From: a virus
Taxonomy: Duplodnaviria > Caudoviricetes
Virus record (IMG/VR): IMGVR_UViG_3300025133_000094
Coordinates: 1,182 to 65,181 of that record
DNA length: 64,000 nucleotides
Direction: 5' to 3' (one strand)
Shown: in pieces, positions 41,917 to 56,900 of the stretch
Layout of the letters: every line of letters starts with the position of its first letter
How positions within the stretch are numbered: the stretch's first letter is position 1
Translations under genes and position numbers: made by a program
The notes under the pieces: generated by a model
Told to the model about the DNA's origin: nothing
The model's database searches: none
Seen by the model: only the letters and a program-made list of their open reading frames with translations

Positions 41917-44900
41917 TGGCAAATAGATTATGGAATGTTGCACCGATAGATCCAGTTTTCTCTCATTCGTTTATTAACGAACATTACGAGGAAGAAGTAG
42001 GAGAACTAAATAGACTTAACAACGCACTTCCCTTTAAAGGCGTGACTCGAAAAGATTATGAGAACTTTAGTATGAGCGCACGACGTGATAGATTTACTGG
42101 TGAGTTAGTGAGGGGTCCCCTAGAGCTATGGGACTCTTTAAGACAGAGTGGTGACATGTATTTTAAAAGAGGATACACAGCTACTCACGCCGGAGCAGAA
42201 CAGCTATCAGCTTCTTTGATGTTACGTACAGAAGAAGAACGCGAAAAACTAAAAGATACTAAGTATCTGAAATACTCAAGTGAGGGTACAGAGTTTCTTA
42301 AATCTTTTTCCGAAGGAACTGTATGGAACTTTGCCAGAATGACAGGAAGAACGTATACTGACTTAAATGGAAAAACTAGGTGGCGTGTTCCTATTGATCC
42401 ATTAAACGGCATAGGTGACGGATCATGGGGTATGGCTGCTACTCCTGAAGATATATTTAAGCACGAAGCGCCCGAAGGATGGACACCTAAAGAAGCCCTT
42501 AAAGAAATGGAAGAAGTCGATCCTGATATGCTACAGAAGTATCAAATGTTTTTGGGTGGGGAAGAAGAAGTAAAGAAAATTACTAAGGATACTAGAAATC
42601 CTTATGAATTCTTTTATAGACTAAACGAAGAGTTACAGAATAGAAATATAGCAGAATCGTTAGCTTATCAGTTCAAACAAAACGAAGAAGCCGGTAAATC
42701 TTATATTAACTGGTATGAGCAATGGGGCAAAGAATTTTTAATTAGTAGTATTATTAACGATCCTGATATGGCAGGATCATTGACTATAGCTGCAGCACTT
42801 ACGGTAACTACTGGCATCGGTGGCGTTATTGCAGAGGTAATTCATGCTGGCGCTAAAATAGGTAGGTACGGAAAAACGGCCGATAGGCTGTTAACTTTAG
42901 CGGCAGGTGTACATAAAGTAACAGCGATGGTTCCTAAGGGTGCTATGTTCTTACCAGAAAATTTAGGACCTAGTTTAATTAGGCTGAAGTTTGGCGCCCA
43001 AGCATGGAAAACTAAATCCTTTGTTAATAGGGCTGGGTGGATTACTCTTGGTAATATAGGAGAAGGTACAATTACCGGTGCACTAGCCGAGCTCTCTAAT
43101 CAAACATTCCAAATAGATAAACAGAGCATGGATGAGTATCACCAAAAAGAAATCTTAAGGCAGGCTATGTTTGAAGCAGCTATCTCACCTATCATCAACC
43201 CAATGCTAGGAAGTGTTATGTTCCGTGTACCAAGGCTACCTTTATATACCATGAGTTTTATAAATAGGGGTATTGGAAAACTAAGACCTTCAGCCGGAGC
43301 TAGAGGTACTGCAGTAGGAAACTATTTTAAATCTATTGTGTCTAAAATGAATATCGATCATATAGGACAACGTATCCAAGGATCACGAGATGTTCTAAGA
43401 GCCGCAAAAGACTGGGGTCATATGCTTGGTCAAGACCCAAAGAAAATAGAAGCTCTTCTGAATGATGAGGGATTAGTACAGATCTTTGCTGCTATTATGA
43501 AAGCTAAAGGTATAGATGAATCCTTTACTATAGCCCACATTTCAGAAGCTATAGCCGACTTAAGAAAAGCACACGATGAAAATGTAAGGTTAGCCTTAGA
43601 AGAGGGCAAGCCCGTACCCGCTACCTTCTCAGAAATAGAGTTGGGTGCGATGTTAGCTAGAACCGTTCTAGCAAAACAAGGCTTGCAGCTTTCTCAATTA
43701 GACGGCGCTACTCAAAATCTAGTCGGTGATATGGGAATGAGGTTGTTTATTTTAGGAGAGAAAAAAAAGAAGTTTGAAGCAGATAAAATAGAGATGACTT
43801 GGGAAGAGTTCGCTAAACATATTGAGGATAACGATCCCGAGCTTTTTTGGCGTGAAGGTGTTCCTCAAGAATCTAAGAAATCTGGAGAAACTCTTTTTGA
43901 GGAACAGGTTGGCGGGAACTGGGGAGCTTTACCCTGGAGAGAAAAACTAGGATGGGCAATGTATGCTGATGATATAGCAGTTGATGCAGTCGCGGCTAAA
44001 AAAGAAATAAAGCTGGATGAGATAAATAAAATCTCTAATGAAGTTGACGCTATAAGAAACGATATAGTGCCTAAGACTGAGAAAGAGATAGACACAAAAA
44101 GGGAAGCTGAGGCGGCTACTACAGAAAACGTAGAGGAAAGATTAGAAGAAGTTAAGCATGACATAGATGGCGTTATACATGCTACAAATGATGAAAATGC
44201 TAAGATACAAGAAGAACTAGACAAGTTTGCAGACACTCTATTAGTATCGCCCGAGCCAGGTGAGACTGTTGCAGTAATAGATGTCACGGGCGACATAAAA
44301 GCCGAGATGCAAGCCAGATTGGAGGGTCAGCCGTTTACTAAAGAAGGTTTTACATTAGATGAGAACGGTATATTGTGGGACGATAGGATAGATGCTGAGG
44401 CCGTTAGTGAGATTAACCAGATTATAGAAGAGGTAGCGGGAGATGCTGTAGTAATTCGAGAGGTCGTCATTGATGATCTTAGTGATATTGACGGATTAGA
44501 CGCTGCTGCTATGATTACTGGCATGGGTGTAGATAGTCAAGGAAATCTAGTATTTAAAATAACTATATCAGAGCATGTAGCTGGCTTGCTGGTACACGAA
44601 AGAGCAGACTTTAGAGACGCCGGTCGGCAGACTGTAGCACACGAGGTAGGACACGCAGTACATGATCAAATGACCGACGCCGAGATGAAAGAGTTTCTCG
44701 CTATTTTAGAGGCTGAGGGTATAGTTACAGATGCTATGAATCATGGCGACCTAACTCAAGAAGCCTTTGCAGATCTTTGGGCTATGTATATGAACCCTGA
44801 TGCTACGTTCCATTTCGCTGGAATTAATCTTGAAAATCCGGGGATGTCTGCAAGACCTAAAGGACAAGAAGTAAAGAATAGAGCAGATATTCCTGCTATG

Positions 44901-47900
44901 ATGCTAGCTTTCTTAAGAAAAATTAGAGACAGGTTAAGAATAAAATCAGCTAAGGCAGAGACTGCTGCGGCAGAAGCTTCTACAGTAACCCTAGAAAATC
45001 TGGATTCGATTCAACGCTTCGGAGTTTTATGGGATTATGCTGCAGCTAATGGCTGGGTAAAGGATACCCCAAGTGTACAAATGAAATGGGAGAGTAACTT
45101 TGAAGGATTAAAGAACCTCATTAAGCAGCAATTACAACGAAAATTAACCCCATCAGAACAAACTCCCGAAGAAGAGAGTCTACGTCGAAGGCAGAAAAGA
45201 AATATAAAATTCTTGAGAAGGTTAGATGTGCTTGGAACGCAGATAGACAAAGAACTAAGAGCCTGGAAGGAGTCAGAACACGGCTACTCCCCAGAGCTAT
45301 TAGATGCGGAGATTCAACTAAACAAAGTAAAGAAAGAGCATTTAGATTTAATAAACCAGTTTGAGAAAGAACAGCCAGCATTACACAGCGTACAGAAAAT
45401 ATATAGAGAATCGCTATCTATCTTACGCGGTAAGATATTTTTCAGTGAGACAACTATGGGCGATCTCAAAGCTGAAGTCAAGGTAACAGAATTAGATTCA
45501 GCGGACGTGGTAATACTTAGGACTCTACTAGATAACCTACCAGCAAAGAAGAAGATAGTAGTTCCAAAAACAGCCCGAAGCGGTATAAATAACGCTGTTG
45601 TTATTCTATCTAACTTCTTAGCGGGCGATTCCTTAATGTCCGAAGTTAAGTTTAAGGTTATTCAAAAAGAAGTTAATCTTTATCTATCCCGTCAGTTCGA
45701 GGGGCTAGCAAAAACAATGGCTCGTACTAAGGTAGAAGATAAGTCAAAAGAAGTATTTGAAAAGTTTAGTGACTACAATACTATAATGAACGAGCTAATA
45801 GTAAAACGTATTCAGAGAACAGGGGATAGCATGCTTACTGCTGCTACTATACAAGATAGTTTAGCTTGGCAAGAGAGTAGCTATCGAACACTAGAAGCAT
45901 ATGGAGAAGCGTGGACGAAGATAGTAAACGGTCTTGATGCTGAAGGAAAAACTGAAATGGCTTTATCTACTTTACTTAGACACTTACCCAGAACAAGTAG
46001 ATACAGAATAAACCAAACGGAACTAATAAACGTCGGTAAGCTTAGAAGAGACTCTAAGATAAAGACTTGGAAGGCCAAAGAGATCTTTCACAATGAGACA
46101 GGAAGAGCTCGTAAAAGTATTTCTAAATTAGATAGAAACGCTTTTGGAGATATTAGAGTAAACATAGGACCTTTAGACTTTGCTAAAAACTTTGCTCATG
46201 AGGTAACATCAGATACTATGTTAAATGTTCCCTTAACTGCAGACTTTAAAAAGAAAAACATAACACCAGGTACTACATTAGATGGATCTAAAGTAGTTAT
46301 GGAAGAAACGGTAATGTCCTTTGAGGATTGGCGACATCACCTTGAACTATGGCATGCTGATCCAGCTGAACCCCATAATAAAACAGATGAGGGAGATGTT
46401 ATAATAACAGGAACACAGTTATTAGCTAATCTAGATCCTGATTTTAGAGCAAAGGGTGTGGGACTTGCTAGTATGTTCAGGGGTGCTTTAATAAATCAAT
46501 GGAAAACTATTGAAGACTTGAGACGTTTAAATACAGAGACACCTACTCTTAAGTTTAGGTATAAAGACGTAGCTACAGCCCTGAGTGAAAAGGCTGCTGC
46601 TGGTAGACTATTGTCTCATATAGAATCAAATGCTATAATTACTGAATTAGCTGAACAAGCGTTTCAACAGTTAGATAAACATAATAACCCTAGTCTATAC
46701 AATGCTCATGATGTAGCTATAGAAGTAATAAATCAAGTAGAGAGCTCCTTTAAGAAAGCAGATAAGGCAGGATATGATATGTTCGGCTTTGTATTAAGAT
46801 GGGATGATGAAAACGGCCTACCCGTACACAGTCCGCATACTGTAGATAAGGATACGTGGATATCCGCTGTTAAAAAACAGGTAGTTAAACGACTAGAAGT
46901 AGCTACTCACGGCGGTATTAAGCCCGATACTCTTAATAGAATATATGATATATTTGGTATACGGGAGCTAAAACCAGACGCTCAAACAAAACTATCTACT
47001 CCCCAGTATGAACAATTAGCTGATATCATGGTAAGCAATCTACACAGGACACGAAGAAATGGGCCGACTATAGATATAGCCGACTTTGGTAATGGCAATA
47101 GAGAGTGGCACTCAGCATACGATTTAGGGAATCAAATAGTAGATGCTTTTACTAAAGAAGAAATGTATACAACTAAGCAACTGTATGCCTCTAAAGATAT
47201 ACATCCAGATGCTCGGGGGTCAGAAGCAGAAGTAGGACCGGGAGAAAAGACAGCAGTTCAGCCACCGCTAGAAGGCGATCTTAACTTTGTTACCCGTAGA
47301 TCTCTATGGGAAATAGATAGAATAATGAAGAACGGTCTCTTTAGAGAAGGACGAATAGCTTTTGTTTTAAATAGAGATAACTTGACTTCATCTGTGATAA
47401 AGGCTTACAATAAGGTAAAGGAAGAGGGTGGGTTTAGATTTCCCGAGGGAACTATACATGTATCAGATGTGATGCCTGTGTCTCTAATACCTTACGTACA
47501 GGGAGACATATTACAACAGCCTCCTATGACTCAAGAGCAAGTTAAAAAATACCTTCTTAATATTGCTCTCAATACACCGCAGCAAGCCAATACGATTGTC
47601 CACGATAAAATTATAGCAGCTAAAGATAATGTATTAAGGCTAAACCAAAAAGACGGAATGCCAATAGCTACAGAGTTTATTGGCATGGGTGGAGATTTTG
47701 GCTACCCTTACCATATGGTGGGCATGATAAGAGCTATGGAATTGGGATCAGTACACGCTAAAGGTCTTACAAAAAATTCTATAAACTTAGTAAGTAAACT
47801 ACAAGCTGAGTGGCAAGAGAACCACAAGGTAGACCTATCTACAGAAGAGGGGTTAAATAAAGCTAGAAGAGATTTCTTTGATCATAGTACAGGACATGAT

Positions 47901-50900
47901 ATGATGTTCTCTGGTCGGTATCTTACTTTCATGCAAAGCCGTATGGGCGATCCCAAACTAGCTGAGCAAATGTTTCAAATCGAAAAAGCTGTAGCAGAGT
48001 TACTGTATAATGAAGATCTAGGTGAATATCAATATGATATAAATGTTTTACAAACAGAAACAAAAGAGTGGTATAGAGCTGGTACTCTTCATATATTAAA
48101 TTTAATTACTGGCTTAAACCAAGCACAACGCAGCAGGCTAGGAGCTAAGGTTAAGCCACTCTTAGATATACTTCAGCCACTAAGAGATAACGATATTAAT
48201 ACCCTAGAAGATTGGAAAATATTTGAGGATAAAAATCCTAATGATCCTAAGGTAAGAGTTATCCGTGCATTCATGAAGTTACCATTGATGAGAGCTATGT
48301 ATGGTATGGAAAAAGCAGGGTGGTTAAAGATTTTCAGAGATTCCGAAGGAACAGATATGCTTAAGAAAGTATATAAGACTCTGGAAATAGAATTAGATTC
48401 TACAGATATAGAACATATAGGAGATATCTTATTCCACGGAGCTATAGAGGGTACTGGTCAACTGATGTATAGAGCTTTGGGATTAGAGTATGAAGGAGAA
48501 CCAGGAAAATCTCCAAAGGCAGAGGCTCTTAAGTGGATGGAGATGGATAGAAGTGCAGATACCCTACTAACTACAGTAAAAGATTTACTTAAGTCACATG
48601 GTACGGAACTAAGATCTTCAAGGGATTCTTCTGGACGAGAATTTAATAAGCTTTATCAATTAGATACTCATGAAAAATATCTAAAAGCTTCTATAGAAAC
48701 ACAAGCTAGTGTAGAGTTTAGAACTAATGAACCTACTGCTGAACAAATCAAAAAGATTAAGGACAAGTATGCACCTCTAAGAGAGATGGAAGATTTCTTA
48801 AAGCAAGACGATATACCATCAGACTTCGGTCCAGGACATAAGAGATGGAATGAGTATAAACAAATTCCCTATAAGAACTTGATGCCCGAGAGTCAGATAG
48901 GTGCCTTTAGAGCATTCACTACTCTTAATAGTAGCGGCTATAGAATAGCTATTAAGGCATTAGAGACTACGGCTAGGCATCTTGGGTTAGAGAATTTCAA
49001 TGCTGATATTTTCCTAGGGCTAGAGAGATATGTTTTCTATCATAATATGCTTCCTAGTGAAAAAGCAGTTAGAGGCTTTGATACACAAGCTGGTAGCGGC
49101 ATGAGTCCAATAGGTATTGGTATAGAAAAAGTACTTACTAATGAAGCCTTATTTAAAGAATGGGCTACCACTGAATGGGCTAAACTAAAAGCCGATCGAA
49201 AAGCTAAAGGCGATACCAGCCCAATGACGATTGCTGAATACGATACTTTAGTCCGGAAATATATAGCTCTTGATCCAGATAGAGCAGAGATCCTAGGCAC
49301 ACAAGAACTTGTAGACGGTGGCTTAATACAAATGTATAAAGAGAACGGACTAGAGTCTGTTGAAGCTGAAATTGAAATGCTAATGCTTCAGAACGAGTTA
49401 CTATATCAATCGACATATGGTCCACCTCAGCTTATTAACTATCACTTAGAAGATGATATAGCAATACTTAATAATCAAACCGCTATGAACTGGTTTAAGA
49501 ATACCGTAGAGAATGCAGATACAAGGGCAAGAGAAAAGGCTAATCAAGAACAACTATTATCTGATTCACAAAACAATGCGTATGCAGAGAAGATGTTAGA
49601 GTTAGTACAGCAAGCAGGTAATAACTTATTAAGATCTCAAGGACCTATTAAGCCTTACGTTAATACAGAGAGGGCTCGTTTAGACGTATTTCCAAATAAC
49701 AGCGACCCCTTAACGATACTGAACCAACAACAGAAAGGTGTTAGAGCCTTTGATCCATTATACACAACAGTTCCTTATACGGATAAACCTAACTTCTTCT
49801 TTCTAAAACAGTATCATGAACGGAAGATGAGAGAAATCTCACACACACTAGACTTAATAGTAGACGAAAGTTCTAAAGAGCAACATGTACTTGACCCTAA
49901 CGATTTAGGTTATCCTATGCCGTGGAAAGAAAAGGATATGCCTAAGCCAGTTAATACTGTTACCAATGACTTGAATAATATTCTCCAACGAACAGATATA
50001 AGTCCTAGAACTTCCGAACTATTCCACAGTCTAAATAACTTCGCTAAGAGAAAAGGTACTCTATACACCGATGCACTGAGTAAACTGGAAGACGCCTATC
50101 CTTATATGTATTTAACAATGAAGATGGAAGAAGCCAAAGATAATATAATATTAGCTAAACGTCGTTTCAGAACTGAAATGACTCCGGCTGAGATAACAGC
50201 TCTTAGGGCAGAGTGGCTAGGAGATCTTCATACCTTGAGCCAATTCAGTAGAGATACTAAACTAGCAGAGATAGGACCCCACGCTTTAGAAACCGCAGGA
50301 ATGGATATAGCTTTTGCTAATGTTCCAAGCGAAGCTATAGCTATTATAGATCAGCTACAAAGTATCTATGCATCTGAAGATAAACCAAACGGTCTTTTAT
50401 TTCAACCTACTATGTTACAGGGTCCGTTGAAGATGGGATTAACACCGGCTGATATCCGTATCCAAGCTAAGGATGATCAAGGTAATCCAACCGACGAATT
50501 AGTATATACAGATCTAGAAGCTAATCCACTAGCAAACCAGAACATGGATATGTCTATTCTTCTATTCGCTATAGAATATCCTAATTATATCAAACCTATT
50601 ATAGACGAACATTATCCACAGTATTCTGATATAAAAACATTTGAAGATTGGACTCTGTTAATTGATCCTAAGCATAAAGTTGAAATTGAAGCCCTAGCTG
50701 CCGAAAGTGTTACAGGAGCTGACGGTAAAGGATTTGGACAAAGTATTGTATTCGATATGTCTATAATGGACTCACTACACGAAGGCAAAATAGATCCTAA
50801 TAGAGTCCTTCTTACTATAGATGAAGCTAATATTGTTGAGGTAGACGGAGAACAAATTAACTATCAATTAAATCACCTACTAAGTAAAGCTGGCTTTGGC

Positions 50901-53900
50901 TTCTTTATGCAGAGTCCTTCGGCTATAAAAGGGAAGACACTTCAGATGACTATCAGTCATAGGGGTGCGCTTAAGATGATGCTAATGTTAGAGAACCACG
51001 CTCCCTTTAGACGTATGCGTGAATCTATGTGGGCTAAGATACCTTACGGTACTGTGGAGACAGCACTGGGTGAGATAGATATATCAAGACCAACAAATGA
51101 AATACTACGAGATAAGTTTGGCCATAATATGAGAGCATCACATGAAGATAATATTGAACTTCACGGAGCTCTATCAGTTATGGCAAAGACTGTGGGCGAA
51201 AAGAAACTGAAGCCAACATATGATCCTACTCGTGGCATGAAAGGTTCTAAGCGCTTTGCTATGACGGATTTAGATTATTATTCAGTCAATAAACTTGCAG
51301 ATAGTGGATTAGTTAGGCCTTGGCTCGAATCACACATAAGTGTTTTATCTGAAGTTGTTACCTCAGCTAGAAGAAGCGGTTACGAGATGTTTCAAAAAGA
51401 ACTCTTTACAGAGATTGATACTCTAATTGAAGGAGCTAGAAAGGGAGAACAAGAAAATATCGCTACGGCTATAGCGTTTAGTGTAATGTTCTCTCAAGGA
51501 GAACAAACAGGAAACTGGACACCAGACCATCAAATGATGCGTGTCTTTATGGATGAAAGAAACTTCAATGAAGGAGAAGTATCTAATGCACTAATGAAAG
51601 CAGACCTGCTCTTAAATAAGATAGCTAAAGCTACCGACTTAGATACTACATGGTTCAATAACCCAATCAACCTCAGAGCTCGTGCTTATATTCAAAATAT
51701 GACTAAGGCTGATCTGGAAAACTTTACTGAGGGAGATAATACTTCTAAGCTAACAGGAATGTTTATAGAGTCTTTAGGTGAAACTCCTGACATAGGGCAT
51801 TATGTAGTTAACGAGTTAGGCGATGCACTAGACTTATTGGGTGGTGAAGGAGTTAATCTTCATGAATCAGTAGACTATAGAGCTTGGTTAGAGGATAGGG
51901 AAAAGGTTATTAATGTTGATATAGAGACAAACTTATCCCAAGATAATATCAGTGTAATTACGTTATCTCAAAAAGATACTGGATTCAAAAATACTGTTCG
52001 GGGTAAAAAGGTAGGAGATTGGGTAACTCCTGACCAAGCTCAAGAACATCTTAACTTTCTTGAAGACATGCAGAACAAGGGCTATAAGGTTGCATTCCAC
52101 AACGGAGTAAGCTTTGACACACGAATACTAGGCAACGTAGCTGGTTCTCGTCATTCTGATGCATCCATGCAAACAGCTGTACAGAATCAAGCTTCTCGTA
52201 TAGCTATAAGAACCGTAGATTCTTTAGATAACGGAAGATCATTCAAAGGAGAAATGGTTGAGTATACAGACAGCGGTAAGATTCGTAGTAAAGGCAATAA
52301 CTATTATGTTTCATTATCTAATCTTGCTAAGGCTTTAGGAATAAAACAAACAAAGTCTTTAGAGTTCGGCGGACTAGAAGCTGCTCTATTATTTGAGAGG
52401 GTTAGGGGAGAGACAGTAACACTAGGATCAGAAGCTAAGAAGGTGGGAATGACTCAGGAACACATAGATGTAATAAACAACACAACAAAAATGAAAGCGT
52501 GGAACAAGTTTAAGAAGTACGCTGAAGGCGATGCTGAGTTGGGTTATAAGGTGCTTTATGGTGATGGTGATGTTCAAGGCTTAGCGGATATTCGAGGAGA
52601 GCTAACTGTCGATTATGCTCCTGATCCTAAGACTGGAAACGAACGAAAGGTTACTCTAAACGTAGAAGAAATGATGCCTACTTGGCTACTCAGTCAACGA
52701 GAGAGTGGTAGGTTTCACGGTACATTATCTCAGTTTAGTGAATGGGAAAACGTCAACACTATAACGAGAGCTTTGTCTAATACCGACCATACCGCTAGGT
52801 CTATGGTTGGGTTTGAGGGCGAGTCTTTCTTAATAGATAATGGTGGAGAACAGTTAACTGTAAACGCTAAGCAGGCTAAGGCAGCTATAGGTTTAGCGAT
52901 AGGAGAATGGCAAGCTGAGAAACACTACGAACCTACCTCATGGTTAGATGATGAGGTACTTCAGTTTACTTATAATAACGTAAAGAGCGCTAAGAAGTTC
53001 CGTGAATTTGCGATAGATAGGGATGATGCTCATCTAGAAAATCTTGGTATTACTATAGAAAAGCTAGTTTTAAATGAATATATAAACAATGAAGACGCTG
53101 TTATGTTTAGAGCCATGATACTTAGGCTTAATCAAATAAATCCATTTACAGTTAAAGATATAACAATGGAAACTATACAACGACTAGTAAAAGAAACGAA
53201 ACCAGGATCAGCGGAGAGAGTTGGTGATTCTTATAAACTACGTATAGGTGAAGAAGCTACACAACTATTAGGTAAAACCGAAGGACATATGTCTGTTGTA
53301 CAGATGTTTGCTCATGAATTGTCTCACTTAACCCGACTTCGTTTTGTAGATGAAAACAACGGAACTTGGCAAAGATGGTTAGCTTATGCAGAGAGTAATG
53401 CTGGTAAAGCCATGATGCTTAAACTAGTAACTCAATGGCACGGTGGCATAGAGACACAAGCTGTATTAAACGAAGTTGATGGCTATATAAGAGATCCCGA
53501 AGAATTTATAGCTGCCCAAACATCTTTCTTCTTACTTAACGATGTTCAACATATTCAAGCTGACTTTACCGCAGATGAGTATAAAGCATACTCAGAAAGT
53601 GTAGGTATAGTTACACGTATTATAAATAACGTTAGAGATATGTTCAGAAAAATCGCAGATGTATTTGTAGAGTTTGAGAAGACTGACTCAGATGCTTATA
53701 AAGAAATGGTTTCACTTGTTACCCATACACTAGGCTATAAGAATAAAGGTCATCTTAAAGCAGTTAGGAAAGGTCAAAGGGACGGCCAGCTTTATTGGAT
53801 GGATAGAATTGAAGTAAATCGTAAGAAGTATAAATATTCTCTTGATGATCTAAAGACTATGGTCATTAGAGAAAAACAGTTAGAAAAGATACGAGATATA

Positions 53901-56900
53901 TCTGGTATGTGGACTACAGAACAAGCTACTGAATTAGTTAAACTAAAGGAACAATTACAGTCAGCTGATGCTACTGATAGAAGTGTATTAGGCTTTACTA
54001 GAGCCGAGCAATCTGTAGCTTGGGAGCAGCTTACACACGAATTCTCTAGATTCGAGATCGAAGAAGGTACCCCAAGTGGGGAACGTATACTAGATATAGT
54101 AAGAGTTTTTAATGAAGGCAATAGTAAACAGAAGGCTCAAGCTATGGATTGGTTACTCTCTCAGATTCAAAAAATATATGGTTCAGCTATAACGGCGAAG
54201 AGTGGTGAGTTTTTCGCCATTGCTGCTAGGAAAGCCGAATCTATTCTACCGGGACTGGCTACCGATAGAATAAGAAGTATGCTAACAAACTTAATGGCCG
54301 CTAATACAGGAGCTCAGTATACTTGGAATAGCATATCTATTATGCCGGTACTGCTAACAGCTTTACTGGACGATGAGGTTGTTACTACTTTCGCTGACTT
54401 TACAAAAGGAGATACTCCGTCTGTACGTAGAACATTAGATGCCTTTAATAAGTATAGCGATCTTCTAAATGGAGAACAGGGAGAAATACTTAGTCTTATA
54501 AATAGTATTGGAGCCAAGGCTTTAGGAACAGGACCCAGTGAACACGCCGCTGCGTTAATGCAGCATATTAACGAAGCTGTACTAAGGGGTGCTCAGTCTT
54601 TAAGGGGAGGCGCACACTTTAATATCGATGAAGAAATACACCCTAGTGTAAGAAACCATCCTAAGTGGGCTGAGATTAAAGTACATATTCTCGGTGGTGA
54701 GTTACGGGGCGATAAAGTCTTCGGAATGATAGAAGCATATAAAAATCAGATAGAAGCTATTGAATCTAAGGGCATAGAGATTGGAGAGTTTAGTAGAAAC
54801 TTTATACAAATAGCTCCATGGTATTTCTCAAAGAGTTTAATGGATGGCGATAATATGGATATGTTCTGGAGAGAAATGCCTATAGAAATAGATAATCATA
54901 TACGGCAAGAGCTTGATAAAAAACACGCAGGTATTGATCCCTTATACTTCTTTCAAGCAGGACTCCTACCCAGAGTAGATACATTTTTAATGGCAGATCT
55001 AAAGCAGATGGAAACGACACACTTACACATGCTAAGAGTTATAGCCGGTCTTGTTAACAAGAGGGTTAATCCAGATGTTGCTCACATGCTTACGGATCCT
55101 GTAGATGAATTATTTGCTAGACTGGAAAGTGAAAATGTAACTGTTAATACTATGTGGAGAGAGGCTACTAGTAAAACTGTTGGTTTTCTAATGTCGCAGA
55201 TGGGACGCCAAGATTATACATTCAAGCGTCTTGTTAAGGATCTTAAAATATATAGCCCTGATATAACTAAAGTAGAAATAAATGCTATTAGACTTGCGTA
55301 TAAAAACGTAATAGGTACCGATGTAGGATCAAGTCGCTTGTCATCGTTACGTGCTTTAAATAATAAAGCTATACCCTCTAGTGTATGGGCTCCTGGCTCT
55401 TTAACATCAGCAGGAGTTAAAATGAAAACAGAAGGTCTTATGACAGCGGCTGATATGCATACTAGAAATATACTAGTACGAGCATCTGGTGGAGTTTACT
55501 TCTCTAACGATTCTTGGTCTATCCCTAGCGTATTAGATGTTGTTGCGAGAAATGACAAAATTAGATCAGTAGTATCTTTCGATACACCCGCTATCTCAGG
55601 AGCATTGCTTAGGGGCGTTGGTGATAGAATATTTGAACTTAACATGATGCACGAACTATTTGGGATTTATGGCGACTACAGATCTATTATAAACCTGTTT
55701 GCAGAAGTTGTAGATAAACCCTTTAGAGAGATAACAAATCCAGACGGAACACTTGTTAATACTAAAGAATTGCTGAAGAGTGCTCATATACTTCTAGATA
55801 AGTGGAGAGCCTATCGACACATTAAACAAGTACCAGATCATCAAAGTAGTATGGAAGCTTGGCTATTTAAGAATGCTCCTAACTTCGTGAAGATTGTATT
55901 TGGACCTAGTTTATCTCTAGCGTCTCTGTCTACCGAACATACTTTAGCTATGATGAGTGAGTTACTTGGAAAGAGAAGTATAGGCGGCTTTGCTAGACAA
56001 GCTCTAGGTCCGCTTACATCTCTATCAAAAGAAAGAAGAAAACGAATAGCGCGTAGTATGGCTAGTAGCTTAACCAGAATAGATAAAGCTTTTCTACCTG
56101 ACTCTCAAATGCCAGCAACAATGGACAAGGCAGGATTTTTAGATAAGTGGTCAAGCCTTAACATGAGAATAGCCCATCATGTTCATGAGAGTATAGGAAT
56201 GGCGCGGACAGAGAATATTAGATTAGAGATAGCTGATATGATTAAGGACGGTAAAATTGAAAACCTAATTAAACTAATGCACAAATCCGGTGACCAAGCA
56301 TATCTACGAACAGATGAACTTTTATCTAACCCCGATCATCTTATAAAATTAGCACGAGAGGCAAAGATAGGTTCTGCCTTTGATACTGTTATAATCACAA
56401 TGAATAAAACAGGTTTATTAAATATGGGTACCTTTGCCATGATGCAGCAAATGGTAGTTGAGAGTACTCAAGAATATAATAGATATTACGATACAAATGA
56501 AATGCTGATGCTCTTATTAGAGAATAAGAAAACTATGGATAATGATGTCTTCCGAATGAGAGAAGATATTATCCAAGCTCTTAGAGATGTCGAGACTGCT
56601 TATGTACACGATGTTATGGTGCAGGCTAAACCAATGGATACCTCTACTCGTGGCGGAATGATGGATTATATATTTGAGCTATTTAGAAAGTATCCAGTTC
56701 TCTTCTTCCTACAACACGTTATGAGAAAATCTAGTAGGCATACCCCGATAAGATGGGCTACTGGCGTTATGGCTTTGATGCTTCTTGATGTGTTATATAT
56801 GATGTTACTACGTATATCTATGGGAAACCGCCCAGAAGATATAATTAAAGCAGCTGAAGACGATCCAGTAGGATTCTTTTTGATGTATGGAAGTCGTCTG

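Noticed and set aside
114-54517. Numerous short minus-strand and nested ORFs in the ORF track
   Set aside because: Shadow frames of long + strand genes
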